Source: Defluviicoccus sp. (GTDB taxonomy: Bacteria; Pseudomonadota; Alphaproteobacteria; MPNO01). Taken from it: 64,000 nucleotides of DNA. Location of the stretch: NCBI GenBank assembly GCA_022823775.1, contig JAJEHI010000010.1, forward strand, positions 10,233 to 74,232, given 5' to 3'. A model generated the notes under the pieces. The model saw only the letters and a list, made by a program, of their open reading frames with translations, was not told the DNA's origin and searched no databases. Within the stretch, counting starts at the first letter, position 1, and each line of letters opens with the position of its first letter. Made by a program: the position numbers and the translations under genes. Of this stretch, positions 47,187-55,873 are shown one piece after another.

Positions 47187-47323
47187 TCTTGCGTGTCCTA
47201 AGAGTGGAACGCGCGATAGATATGGTCGGCCCTTTCCAACGTCAAGATTCGCGGCCCGAATACTAACCGGCTGCGTCAATTTGTTGCACCCGGCCGGGGA
47301 AACCGGCCCGGCGGCCGGCGACG

Positions 47324-48406
47324 TCAGTTGAGCCGGCCGCCCCGCTCGGCGTCGAACAAATGCACGTTGGCGGTATCCAGCGCGATGTGGATCGCATCGC
47401 CCGCCGAGACCGGCAGGTCGGGGTCGACCTTGGCGACCAGCCGGCGCGGGCCTCCATGGTCGAAGAACAGCAGCGTGGCGTCGCCGAGCGGCTCGATCAG
47501 GCTGACGGTCGCGGGCGTCGCGCCTTCCATGCCGGCGTCGACGACCGCGACATGTTCCGAACGGACGCCGAGCACCGCCTCCCGCCCGGCGAGGCCGGGG
47601 TCGACCGATGCGTCGAGCGCGGTCGTCAGGCCGGCGCCGCGGAACTCGGTCGCGCCGTCCGCCGCTTCCACGGTGCCGTCGAGGAAGTTCATGGTCGGTA
47701 TCCCGAAGAACCCCGCGACGAAGTGCGAGGCGGGCCGGCGGTAGATCTCGAGCGGCTCGCCGACCTGCTCGATCCGGCCGGCGTTCATCACCGCGATCCG
47801 GTCCGCCATGGTCATCGCCTCGGCCTGGTCGTGGGTAACATAGACGAAGGTCCCGCCGAGCTGCTCGTGCAGGTGCTTGAGCTCGGTGCGCATGTCGACG
47901 CGCAGCTTGGCGTCGAGGCTCGAGAGCGGTTCGTCCATCAGGTAGACGGACGGGTTGGTGACGATGGTGCGCGCCAGCGCGACGCGCTGCGCCTCGCCGC
48001 CCGAGCACTCGCCGGGCCGCTTGCCGAGCAGCGGGGCTATGTGCATCGCCTCGGCCGCCTCCTCCACGCGGCGGCGAATCTCGCCGGGATCGACGTTCTT
48101 GACCCTGAGGCCGAAGGCGATGTTGTCGAACACCGTCATGTGAGGGAACAGCGCGAGGTCCTGGAACACCATGCCGAGCCCGCGCTCGCCGGCCTCGGTA
48201 TGGGTGACGACGCGGTCGCCGATCACGATGTCGCCGCCGCTCGGCTCGACCAGACCCGAAATCATGTTGAGCGTCGTCGTCTTGCCGCAGCCCGACGGGC
48301 CGACGAGGATCAGGAACTCGCCGTCGCGGATCTCCAGGTCGATGCCCTTGACCGCGGCGAAGCTGCCGAATTCCTTGACCAGATCCTTGAGCACGATACC
48401 CGCCAC
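47324..48406 (-). CDS. CUT1 ABC transporter ATP-binding protein (MalK-like)
   Basis: GPSGCGKT, SGGEAQR, MDEPLS, YVTHDQ, TOBE-like tail. Confidence 0.94.
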   Translation of the reverse strand: MAGIVLKDLVKEFGSFAAVKGIDLEIRDGEFLILVGPSGCGKTTTLNMISGLVEPSGGDIVIGDRVVTHTEAGERGLGMVFQDLALFPHMTVFDNIAFGLRVKNVDPGEIRRRVEEAAEAMHIAPLLGKRPGECSGGEAQRVALARTIVTNPSVYLMDEPLSSLDAKLRVDMRTELKHLHEQLGGTFVYVTHDQAEAMTMADRIAVMNAGRIEQVGEPLEIYRRPASHFVAGFFGIPTMNFLDGTVEAADGATEFRGAGLTTALDASVDPGLAGREAVLGVRSEHVAVVDAGMEGATPATVSLIEPLGDATLLFFDHGGPRRLVAKVDPDLPVSAGDAIHIALDTANVHLFDAERGGRLN

Positions 48407-48433
48407 GCGTCGCTCCTTTCTCGCCCGGCGCCG

Positions 48434-49375
48434 TCAGCGGCGCATCATGCCGAAGCTGAACCCCTTCACCAGATGCTTCTGGATCAGGATGCCCATGATC
48501 ACCACCGGCACGGTGATCACCGTGCCGATCGCCGCCTGCGGGCCGTAGAGCCGCCCTTCGGACGCGCTCTGATACTTGTTGAGCAGCACCGGCAGGGTCG
48601 ACACGTCGGGATGGGTGAGCGTCAGGGCCAGCAGGAATTCCCCCCAGCTCAAGATGAACACGAACAGGAAGGTGACCACCATTCCCGACGCGACCAGCGG
48701 CAGCACCACCTTGCGCAGAGTGTAGATGCGCCCGGCTCCCATCAGCCGGGCGGCGTGCTCGAGGGTATAGGGCACCTCTTCAATGAAGCTCAGCATCATC
48801 CAGATCACGAAGGGGAGCGTCACCGTGGTGTAGAGCGCGCTGACCCCGGTGCGCGTGTCGAACAGGCTGATCCGCGTGTCCAGCAGCGTCTCGGTCGCGA
48901 ACGGCACCATGATCGCGTAGTACATCAGCAGCGGGATCGCGATGACGATGGGCGGGATCATGCGCACCAGCAGCACCATGTGGCGGAAGGTCGAGCCGCC
49001 CACGTTGAACCGCGAGATGGCGTAGGCGAGGAACGTCCCCATGAAGAGCGCGATCAGCGAGGAGATCGAGCAGATCAGCACGGAGTCGAGCAGCGAGCCC
49101 CAGATGTTGAAGGGCTGCTCGGTCGCCTCGCGCGCCACGCCCGCCTGCTGCACGTCGAAGGTGAAGACCTGCTCGTAGTTCTTGAGCGTCGGGTCCTGCG
49201 GCAGCCAGTTGGGCGGCCAGGTGACCCACTCGCCGGAATCCTTGAACGACGTCTGGATCATCCAGTAGATCGGGAACATGACGATCGCGCCCCAGCCGAT
49301 CAGCGCGGCGTGGCGCAAGACGGTCCGCCGCCGGCGCAGCCGGCCCGCCGCCTCCCGGTTTCCGGCCCCGTTCAC
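48434..49375 (-). CDS. CUT1 ABC transporter permease (MalG-like)
   Basis: FPIYWMIQTSFK, EHAARLMGA (EAA loop), SWGEFL, HLVKG. Confidence 0.9.
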   Translation of the reverse strand: MNGAGNREAAGRLRRRRTVLRHAALIGWGAIVMFPIYWMIQTSFKDSGEWVTWPPNWLPQDPTLKNYEQVFTFDVQQAGVAREATEQPFNIWGSLLDSVLICSISSLIALFMGTFLAYAISRFNVGGSTFRHMVLLVRMIPPIVIAIPLLMYYAIMVPFATETLLDTRISLFDTRTGVSALYTTVTLPFVIWMMLSFIEEVPYTLEHAARLMGAGRIYTLRKVVLPLVASGMVVTFLFVFILSWGEFLLALTLTHPDVSTLPVLLNKYQSASEGRLYGPQAAIGTVITVPVVIMGILIQKHLVKGFSFGMMRR

Positions 49376-50343
49376 GAGCCGCGCTCCCGGTCGAGCCGCG
49401 TGCGCTCGCGCATCATCAGCCAGATGCCGGTGAAGATCAGGGTGGAGAACAGGATCAGGAGCAGCATCGACGCCGCGGCGCCGAAGGCGAACTTGTTGAA
49501 CTGCCAGACCTGCTCCCACAGGTAATAGGCGACCGTCTGGGTCGAGGTGCCGGGACCGCCGAAGGTCAGCAGCACCACGGGGTCGAACAGCTTCAGCGCC
49601 TCCATCGAGCGCACCACCACCGCGATCACGATCACCGGCTTGAGCAGGGGCAGCTCGACCCACCAGAAGGTCTGCCAGCGCGAGGCGCCCATCACCCGGG
49701 CGGCGTTGATGAGCTGCGGCGGGAGCGCCGAGAAGCCGGAGAGGAAGATCAGGAAGGTGAGCGAGGTCCACTGCCAGACGTCGGCGAGGATGATCGCCCA
49801 CTGCGCGGCCAGCGGGTCGGACAGCCAGCGGATGCGGGGGTCGATGCCGAGTATCGACGTGAGCGGCAGCAGCAGCTGGTTGAGCGGCCCGTGGTCGATA
49901 TAGATCATCGAAAAGTTGTAGCCGACGACCACCGGCACAACCATCATCGGGATCAGGAAGACGGTGATGTAGATCCGCCGCCCGCGCACCACCCGGTGCA
50001 CCAGCATGGCGAGCACGAAGCCGATGACGAGCTCGAACACCACGGCGAAGCCGGCGAAATAGAAGGTCCGCCCGAGCGCCGCCCAGAAGCCGGTGTCGGT
50101 CAGCACCGCCTCGTAGTTCCGGAAGCCCGACAGGTAGGCCTGCTCGAACGGCCGGTTGGCGCGCCAGCGCAGGAAGCTGATGTAGATGGTCAGCAGGAAC
50201 GGGATGATGATGACCAGGATGAACGTGCCCTCGACGAGCACGAACGGGATCCAGCGGAACACGCGTTCCTGCGACAGCCACGCGCCCAGCCGGGCGATCG
50301 GGCCGTTGCGCGGGCGTACCTCTACTCCGCTGAGCGCGGTCAT
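49372..50343 (-). CDS. CUT1 ABC transporter permease (MalF-like)
   Basis: GFRNY, ADVWQWT, NAARVMGAS, GGPG. Confidence 0.9.
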   Translation of the reverse strand: MTALSGVEVRPRNGPIARLGAWLSQERVFRWIPFVLVEGTFILVIIIPFLLTIYISFLRWRANRPFEQAYLSGFRNYEAVLTDTGFWAALGRTFYFAGFAVVFELVIGFVLAMLVHRVVRGRRIYITVFLIPMMVVPVVVGYNFSMIYIDHGPLNQLLLPLTSILGIDPRIRWLSDPLAAQWAIILADVWQWTSLTFLIFLSGFSALPPQLINAARVMGASRWQTFWWVELPLLKPVIVIAVVVRSMEALKLFDPVVLLTFGGPGTSTQTVAYYLWEQVWQFNKFAFGAAASMLLLILFSTLIFTGIWLMMRERTRLDRERGS

Positions 50344-50423
50344 CGTCGGTTATGCTTCCTCGACGGGCGGTGGCCCGGACGACGGGTTGCCGCCGTCCGG
50401 GCCGCCGCTTGACGAGAACCGGG

Positions 50424-51896
50424 CTAGAGCTTGTCTATGTAGAGCCCGGCCGCGACGCCCTTGCGCCACGCCTCGATCTGCTCCTTGCGGCCGATATCCT
50501 CGGTCACGCCGTTCCAGCCCTTCGCGATCCGCTTGGCGGCCTCTTCGGGCTTGATGTTGCCGTTCATCACGTCGGCGAGGTTGTTGTCGAGGATCTTCAT
50601 GTACTCGTAGTGGCCCTCGATGTAGAGCAGCGACGTGGTGTATTGCGCGTTCTCCAGAGTCACGTCGAGGAACTCTTGGCTGAACTTCTTGAGGATCCCC
50701 GCGTCGCCCTTGTTGGCCTCGCGGAACGGGTCCCAGAAGCCCTTCGGATGGGCGATCGCCCGGTTGCCGACGGACGGGCTGGTCAGCCACTGGATGAACA
50801 GGTAAGCGAGCTCGGGATGGTCGCTGTAGGCGTTGACCATGTAGCTCGTACCGGCGGCTTCCGCGGCGCGGCGCACCGGCTTGCCGCCCGCGTTCGTCGC
50901 CGGGATCACGCAGGGAAGCTGCTTCTGCTTCACGACGCTCTTCGGGTTGGCGTTGCCGTATCCGAAGATCGACGGGAACGACATCACCGAATAGGCCTGG
51001 CCCGAGCCCCAGAACGGGTAGATCTGCGGCGTGCCCCAGCCCTGGATGTCCTTGGGCATGTACTGGACGATCGAGGAGAACGCGGCGATCGCCTTGCTCC
51101 CCTGGGCCGAGTCGATGCGCGGGTTCATGTCCTTGTCGAACAGGAGTCCGCCGAAATAGGCCGGGAAGTGGCGGTGGGAGAAGTTCACCGACCGGTAGCC
51201 CATCGCGCCGTAGAGCGGCTTGTCGAACTTGACGCCCCAGCGCGTCTGGCCGGCCTCGGTGTGGAAGAACTTCGCCTGCTCCTCCCAGTCCGCCATGTTG
51301 GCGGGGCAGCCGAGATCCTTGCCCGTGGCCTTCTTGAATTCCTCGCGCGCCTTGGGGTTCTCGACGATGTCCTTGCGCAGCACCAGGATGATGTGGTCGC
51401 CGTCGAGCACGAAGGAATACTGCTTGCCGTTGTAGAACTGCTGCGCGATGAACGCCTCCGGCACGCCGGAGAAATCGGGCTTGTACTTCGCCGCGTACTC
51501 GTCGAGCGGCTTGAGCACGCCGGCGCTCGCCGCGTCGGGCTGGGTGTAGGGGAAGTCGTTGAACATGTCGAAGGCGCCGGTCTTGGCGACCGCCTCGCCC
51601 ATTACCTTGCTCGGGATGTCGGTGTAACCGAGCGGCTCGGCCTTGATCGCGACACCGGTCAGCCCCTGCCACTCCTTCGCGAAGTCGGGGAAGGAGTTGC
51701 GGTAGAGCGAGTTGAGAAGGATGTCGAGCGTCGGGTTCTTCAGCCCCTTGGCCTTGACATAGGCCTTCGCGCCGTCGATGGCGCGCTGCGCCACCGGCCC
51801 GTACTCGGCCCCTGTCGCCGCGCCGGCTGCCAGCAGCAACCCCGCCGCGCACGCGACGGCGATCGGCGCTCGCGCTGTTACACGGTCAATTCGCAT
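50424..51896 (-). CDS. ABC transporter extracellular solute-binding protein (family 1)
   Basis: Signal peptide, LKPLDEY, LVLRKDI, PELAYLFIQWLTS; first gene of the CUT1 operon. Confidence 0.85.
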   Translation of the reverse strand: MRIDRVTARAPIAVACAAGLLLAAGAATGAEYGPVAQRAIDGAKAYVKAKGLKNPTLDILLNSLYRNSFPDFAKEWQGLTGVAIKAEPLGYTDIPSKVMGEAVAKTGAFDMFNDFPYTQPDAASAGVLKPLDEYAAKYKPDFSGVPEAFIAQQFYNGKQYSFVLDGDHIILVLRKDIVENPKAREEFKKATGKDLGCPANMADWEEQAKFFHTEAGQTRWGVKFDKPLYGAMGYRSVNFSHRHFPAYFGGLLFDKDMNPRIDSAQGSKAIAAFSSIVQYMPKDIQGWGTPQIYPFWGSGQAYSVMSFPSIFGYGNANPKSVVKQKQLPCVIPATNAGGKPVRRAAEAAGTSYMVNAYSDHPELAYLFIQWLTSPSVGNRAIAHPKGFWDPFREANKGDAGILKKFSQEFLDVTLENAQYTTSLLYIEGHYEYMKILDNNLADVMNGNIKPEEAAKRIAKGWNGVTEDIGRKEQIEAWRKGVAAGLYIDKL

Positions 51897-52099
51897 GATG
51901 GGTTTCCCCCTTCGGTTATCGGAACGGGCTTCGGCTCTTCTTCTTGTTGGGGGGATTGTCGGCTTGGCGGGCAAGCCTTGTCAAAGCCTATCCGTCGCGT
52001 GCGGTGGCGGGTTTTCCCGCCTGGGCGGTTCCCGGCCCTTTCCGCTTCGGTCGAAATGACGGGCGGGCAAGGGAAAGCTGGTCGGACAGTGCCCCGCGG

Positions 52100-52543
52100 T
52101 CAGTACCCGAATGCGTATTGGCCGCCAGGCAACAGCGTAAAGGCGCCTTTCCGAAGGATGTCGCGGCCAATGATGGCCTGATATCTGCTGCGTCCGGCAC
52201 CTTCCGGGCTGAGGCCGGGTGCGAGAACCGACCCGGCCAAATCCCAATTCTCCGATGCTATGAGATCCTCTTTGCTGTCCTGATCCAGCAGGAAGAAGAA
52301 TTGCACCGGGTAGAGGGACACTTCCACGGCGGGGCCTACGGTATGCAGCGTTCTTTGCCCCCGCGGCTCCAGCTGAAGATAGTCGACGACCGGCTTAAGG
52401 ATGCAGGAACTCAGCGCCCCGGTGTCGAACAAGGCGGGGCACATATGGGGGTCGACGCTTTTTGCCGAGACGCCTTCCGGAAGGATGCCAACCGCGCGGA
52501 TCGGCCCGGCGTTCCACTCAAAGCGGCCTGAGAGAACCGGCGT
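52100..52543 (-). CDS. Retropepsin-like (clan AA) aspartic protease; start ambiguous (ACG 52543 or ATG 52444)
   Basis: ALFDTGA catalytic motif and IIGRDIL; frame stays open upstream to overlap the preceding gene. Confidence 0.7.
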   Translation of the reverse strand, partial: TPVLSGRFEWNAGPIRAVGILPEGVSAKSVDPHMCPALFDTGALSSCILKPVVDYLQLEPRGQRTLHTVGPAVEVSLYPVQFFFLLDQDSKEDLIASENWDLAGSVLAPGLSPEGAGRSRYQAIIGRDILRKGAFTLLPGGQYAFGY

Positions 52544-52796
52544 GAGACAGATATCCGAGATCGACGGGCTGATCGGTCACTTCCTGGATGGAGAACCGCC
52601 CATCGGCGTACATGTTGGAACCTGCGACGAACGCATCCCGGCCCGTATCGAAGAAATCGATTATCTCTGCGTCCCGCATGAGCGCGAATTTGTTGCGATG
52701 TTCTCTTGGAATATCCGGCAGGCGCTTCCGGAACGCGCGGTAGTTCCGCTCGACCTCTTCCTGTTGAGTCGGCCTTTCGGTTTGACCGTTGTCCAT
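52518..52796 (-). CDS. Small DUF5678-like protein
   Basis: GGAGG RBS; NYRAF...KFALMRDAEIIDFFDT..DA...G...FSIQEV pattern. Confidence 0.7.
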   Translation of the reverse strand: MDNGQTERPTQQEEVERNYRAFRKRLPDIPREHRNKFALMRDAEIIDFFDTGRDAFVAGSNMYADGRFSIQEVTDQPVDLGYLSHAGSLRPL

Positions 52797-53035
52797 CGAA
52801 AGCCTCCATTGCCCGTGGAGCAGCGTACTTTCGATACGGCAGACTGTCATTCCGGGAAAAGCTCGATGAAGCAGATTTCCCGCTCTTGCCCACAGATGGC
52901 GGGAGCGATTCCTCAGCCCCGATCAAGGAGTTCCGGCGCTCGCAACCGGTTTGAGAAGTTGTTGCTCAGACTTTTTTCGCCGGATGCCCTGTCGGCAATA
53001 CCCGACTATCTTCCCCGGACAAGGCGCGAGTCGGG

Positions 53036-53773
53036 TCAGCGGAGGCCGCGCTGTTTCCGGATCGTGTCCCAGGCCGCGTTGATCGCGGCCATGCGCTCGG
53101 TGGCGATCTGCACAAAATCCTCCGGCATGCCCTGCGCGGTCAGCCGGTCGGGGTGGTTCTCCCGGGTGAGCTTGAGCCACGCCGCGCGCACGTCTTCGTC
53201 CGGGGCGTCGTGGTCGACGCCGAGCACGGCATAGGGGTCGGACTTCCGGTCGCTCTCGTGGTTCGCCCGGATCCGCCGGTAGGTGGTCTCGTCGAAGCCG
53301 AAGATCCCGGCCACCCGCTCCAGATAGTCGAGCTCGGCCGGGTGCAGCACGCCGTCCGCGTTGGCGATGTAGAACAGCGCGTCGAGCAATTCTTCCAGCA
53401 CCGCCGGGTTGGCGGCGAACATCGCGGCGACCTGGCGGGCGTAGGGCTCGAACCCGCGCGCGTCCTTGCGCGCCTGGTCGAACACCCGCCCGACATTCTT
53501 CATCTCCTCGGGCGGCACGTGGAAGACACGGCGGAAGGCGGCGATCTCGTCCTTCGTCACCCTTCCGTCGGCCTTGGCCATCTTGGCGCAGAGCGCGATC
53601 ACCGCGATGGTGAAGGCGATCTCGCGGGTGGCGGCCCGCCCGTCGCCGGAGTCCGGGGAGGCCCGCATCCGGTCGACCGCGTGCCCCGCCACCGCGCCGA
53701 GCAGCGCGCCGATCGGCCCGCCCAGCGCGAACCCGGCGGCGCCGCCGATGATCTTCCCCCAGATACCGGCCAT
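53036..53773 (-). CDS. djlA: DjlA-like co-chaperone (TM + TerB-like + J domain)
   Basis: Gly-rich N-terminal anchor, AKMAKADGRV, DPYAVLG, NHPD, INAAW. Confidence 0.9.
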   Translation of the reverse strand: MAGIWGKIIGGAAGFALGGPIGALLGAVAGHAVDRMRASPDSGDGRAATREIAFTIAVIALCAKMAKADGRVTKDEIAAFRRVFHVPPEEMKNVGRVFDQARKDARGFEPYARQVAAMFAANPAVLEELLDALFYIANADGVLHPAELDYLERVAGIFGFDETTYRRIRANHESDRKSDPYAVLGVDHDAPDEDVRAAWLKLTRENHPDRLTAQGMPEDFVQIATERMAAINAAWDTIRKQRGLR

Positions 53774-53852
53774 CCGGCCCTCCTCCGCCGAGCGCGGGCA
53801 ATCTAACGCATTTTTCGGCCGGGCACGATCAGCGCCGGCTGCCGCCCGAGAG

Positions 53853-53950
53853 CCCTCACCCCGGCCCTCTCCCCGCTGGGGAGAGGGGGCTCGCTCGCCG
53901 AGTCCCTCTTACCTTCTCCCCTCCCGCTTGCGGGAGGGGCCGGGGGAGGG
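53853..53950. repeat. CCCTCxCCC-type palindromic repeat doublet, family B
   Basis: CCCTCACCCCGGCCCTCTCCCCGCTGGGGAGAGGG...CCCCTCCCGCTTGCGGGAGGGGCCGGGGGAGGG. Confidence 0.82.
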
Positions 53951-54081
53951 CCGGGCGAGCGGGTACAGCCCGGATAGATAGGTAACGGAATAGACCGGAT
54001 AGATGGGGTACAGGTTATGGCATGGGCAGCGGCTTGATTTCAGCCTGGAACGAAGCAAAGTAATGCGTCTCCGCCGCCATC

Positions 54082-54687
54082 GTGTATACGGTGGACGCGA
54101 ACGGAAAGGTTTCGGTCATGGCCGCCGCCGGTGCACAGGTGCCGCTGAACAGCGATGCGATACGCAACGTGGGACGGGTGTTGCCGTGGTTGGCCCGCTC
54201 GCCGGGTCGGCCGGACAGGGAACGGTTCGGAACCGCCAACCTCGCAGGGACGCCGGACGGCGAAAGCCGGACCGCCGTGGCTGCCCTCGAACGCAACCTT
54301 CGCGAGCGCCACGACTCGGTTCATGCCGCCATCTCCGCGATGACGGAAAAACTCCGGGTCGAGGTCGAGTCGGCCGCCGCGGACACCGTGATCGACCCCG
54401 ACGGAACGGGGGTCCAGGCGCTGGAAGAGGCGGAGGAGTATTTCCGCGCCGAATGTGGCGAGCTGCGGGATATCCGAAAGGCGCTCGACGGATCGGGGGC
54501 ACAATCGGCGTACGGCCCGGGCGTGTTCGACGAGTTGGAGCGTCTGGATCGTCTCTTCTTCGGCATCGTCCGGTGCTGTCAGGAAATCCGCTGGGCCGTG
54601 ATGGTCCATGACGGGGTGGCGTCGCCGACGACCGGGAGGATGCATGAGAGCGGCGCCGAATTGGTTTCCTCGTTGACCGACTCCTGA
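54082..54687 (+). CDS. Hypothetical protein, candidate antitoxin (start uncertain)
   Basis: Open 201-codon frame ending 4 nt before a RelE-like gene; acidic helical C-half ending GRMHESGAELVSSL. Confidence 0.55.
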   Translation: MYTVDANGKVSVMAAAGAQVPLNSDAIRNVGRVLPWLARSPGRPDRERFGTANLAGTPDGESRTAVAALERNLRERHDSVHAAISAMTEKLRVEVESAAADTVIDPDGTGVQALEEAEEYFRAECGELRDIRKALDGSGAQSAYGPGVFDELERLDRLFFGIVRCCQEIRWAVMVHDGVASPTTGRMHESGAELVSSLTDS

Positions 54688-54691
54688 ACCG

Positions 54692-54982
54692 GTGAACGGA
54701 TCCGCCCCGCGAATCCGGGCATTCGAAGAACCGACCGGGCCGTTCCGGCAACAGGTGAAACGACTTCCCCCTCGGATGAAACGGGAGTTGGCAAAGGTCG
54801 TGGACGAGTTGCTGGCGGGCGCGCCGCCGCCCGGACGGCGATACGAAAAGCTGAGAACCGGCAGAAATCTCCACTCCGTCAGGCTGAACCGGCAATACCG
54901 TTTCGTGTTCCTGGTCCGGGAGAACGGCAATGCGGTGCCAGTCGCCGTCGGGCCGCACGACGAGGCATATCGCGTTGTGTGA
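54692..54982 (+). CDS. RelE/ParE-superfamily toxin-like protein
   Basis: 96 aa, basic; FRQQVKRLP...YEKL...SVRLNRQYRFVF...VGPHDEAY. Confidence 0.72.
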   Translation: MNGSAPRIRAFEEPTGPFRQQVKRLPPRMKRELAKVVDELLAGAPPPGRRYEKLRTGRNLHSVRLNRQYRFVFLVRENGNAVPVAVGPHDEAYRVV

Positions 54983-55064
54983 CGCGCGTTCGCTGCCCCG
55001 GGACGCTTCCGCGTCGTGCGGTGCGCGGCTATCCTGACCGGGGACCGGACGGAGCCAGCTTGCC

Positions 55065-55859
55065 TTGAGCGACACCATCGACACGATCGCCGATCCGGAA
55101 GAGCTCAGACGGCTGTGCCGGGAGGGGGCGTATTCCGGCCCGACCTCGGGCCATGCGGCGGGGTACGTGCAGGCCAACATGGTGATCCTGCCGGCGGCCG
55201 AGGCGGAGGACTTCGCCGCCTATTGCAGGAACAACCCCCGCCCCTGTCCGGTGCTGGAGATCCTCGACCGCGGCGATCCGGTGCCGCGAAAGACCGCGCC
55301 CGGCGCGGACATCCGCACCGACCTGCCGCGCTACCGCGTGTTCCGCAACGGCGAATGCGTCGACGAGCCGACGGAGATAACCGGCGTCTGGCGCGACGAC
55401 CTGGTGACTTTCCTGCTCGGCTGCTCGTTCATCGCCGAGGAGGCGCTGCAGAACGCCGGGCTGGAGATCCGCCACATCGCCGAGACCGGCTACGTCTCGA
55501 TGTACCGGACCGACCGCGAGACCGTTCCGGTCGGCGCCTTCGAGGGCCCGATGGTGGTCTCGATGCGCCCCTTCACGCCGGAGGACGCCGACCGCGCTGA
55601 AGAGATCACCCGGCGCTACCCGATGGCGCATGGCGGGCCGATCCATCGCGGCGATCCGGCGGCGATCGGCATCCGCGACATCGCCCGGCCCGAATACGGC
55701 AGGCCGGTGACCGTGGACGACGACCAGATCCCGGTATTCTGGGCCTGCGGGGTGACGCCGCAGGAGGCGATCCTCAACGCCCGGCCCTCGCTCGCCGTCA
55801 CCCACATGCCGGGCTGCATGTTCGTCGGCGACCGCACCGCGGAATCGACCCGGGTCTGA
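55065..55859 (+). CDS. DUF1445/YcsI putative hydro-lyase (D-glutamate cyclase-like)
   Basis: GYVQAN, NPRPCP, DIRTDLPRY, LGCSF, VSMRP, HGGP, FWACGVTPQ, THMPG. Confidence 0.9.
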   Translation: MSDTIDTIADPEELRRLCREGAYSGPTSGHAAGYVQANMVILPAAEAEDFAAYCRNNPRPCPVLEILDRGDPVPRKTAPGADIRTDLPRYRVFRNGECVDEPTEITGVWRDDLVTFLLGCSFIAEEALQNAGLEIRHIAETGYVSMYRTDRETVPVGAFEGPMVVSMRPFTPEDADRAEEITRRYPMAHGGPIHRGDPAAIGIRDIARPEYGRPVTVDDDQIPVFWACGVTPQEAILNARPSLAVTHMPGCMFVGDRTAESTRV

Positions 55860-55873
55860 CGGGAGAAGCTCCA

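Noticed and set aside
52850-53035. Possible gene remnant between the DUF5678-like gene and djlA
   Set aside because: Lower-GC tract but no frame gives a recognisable protein
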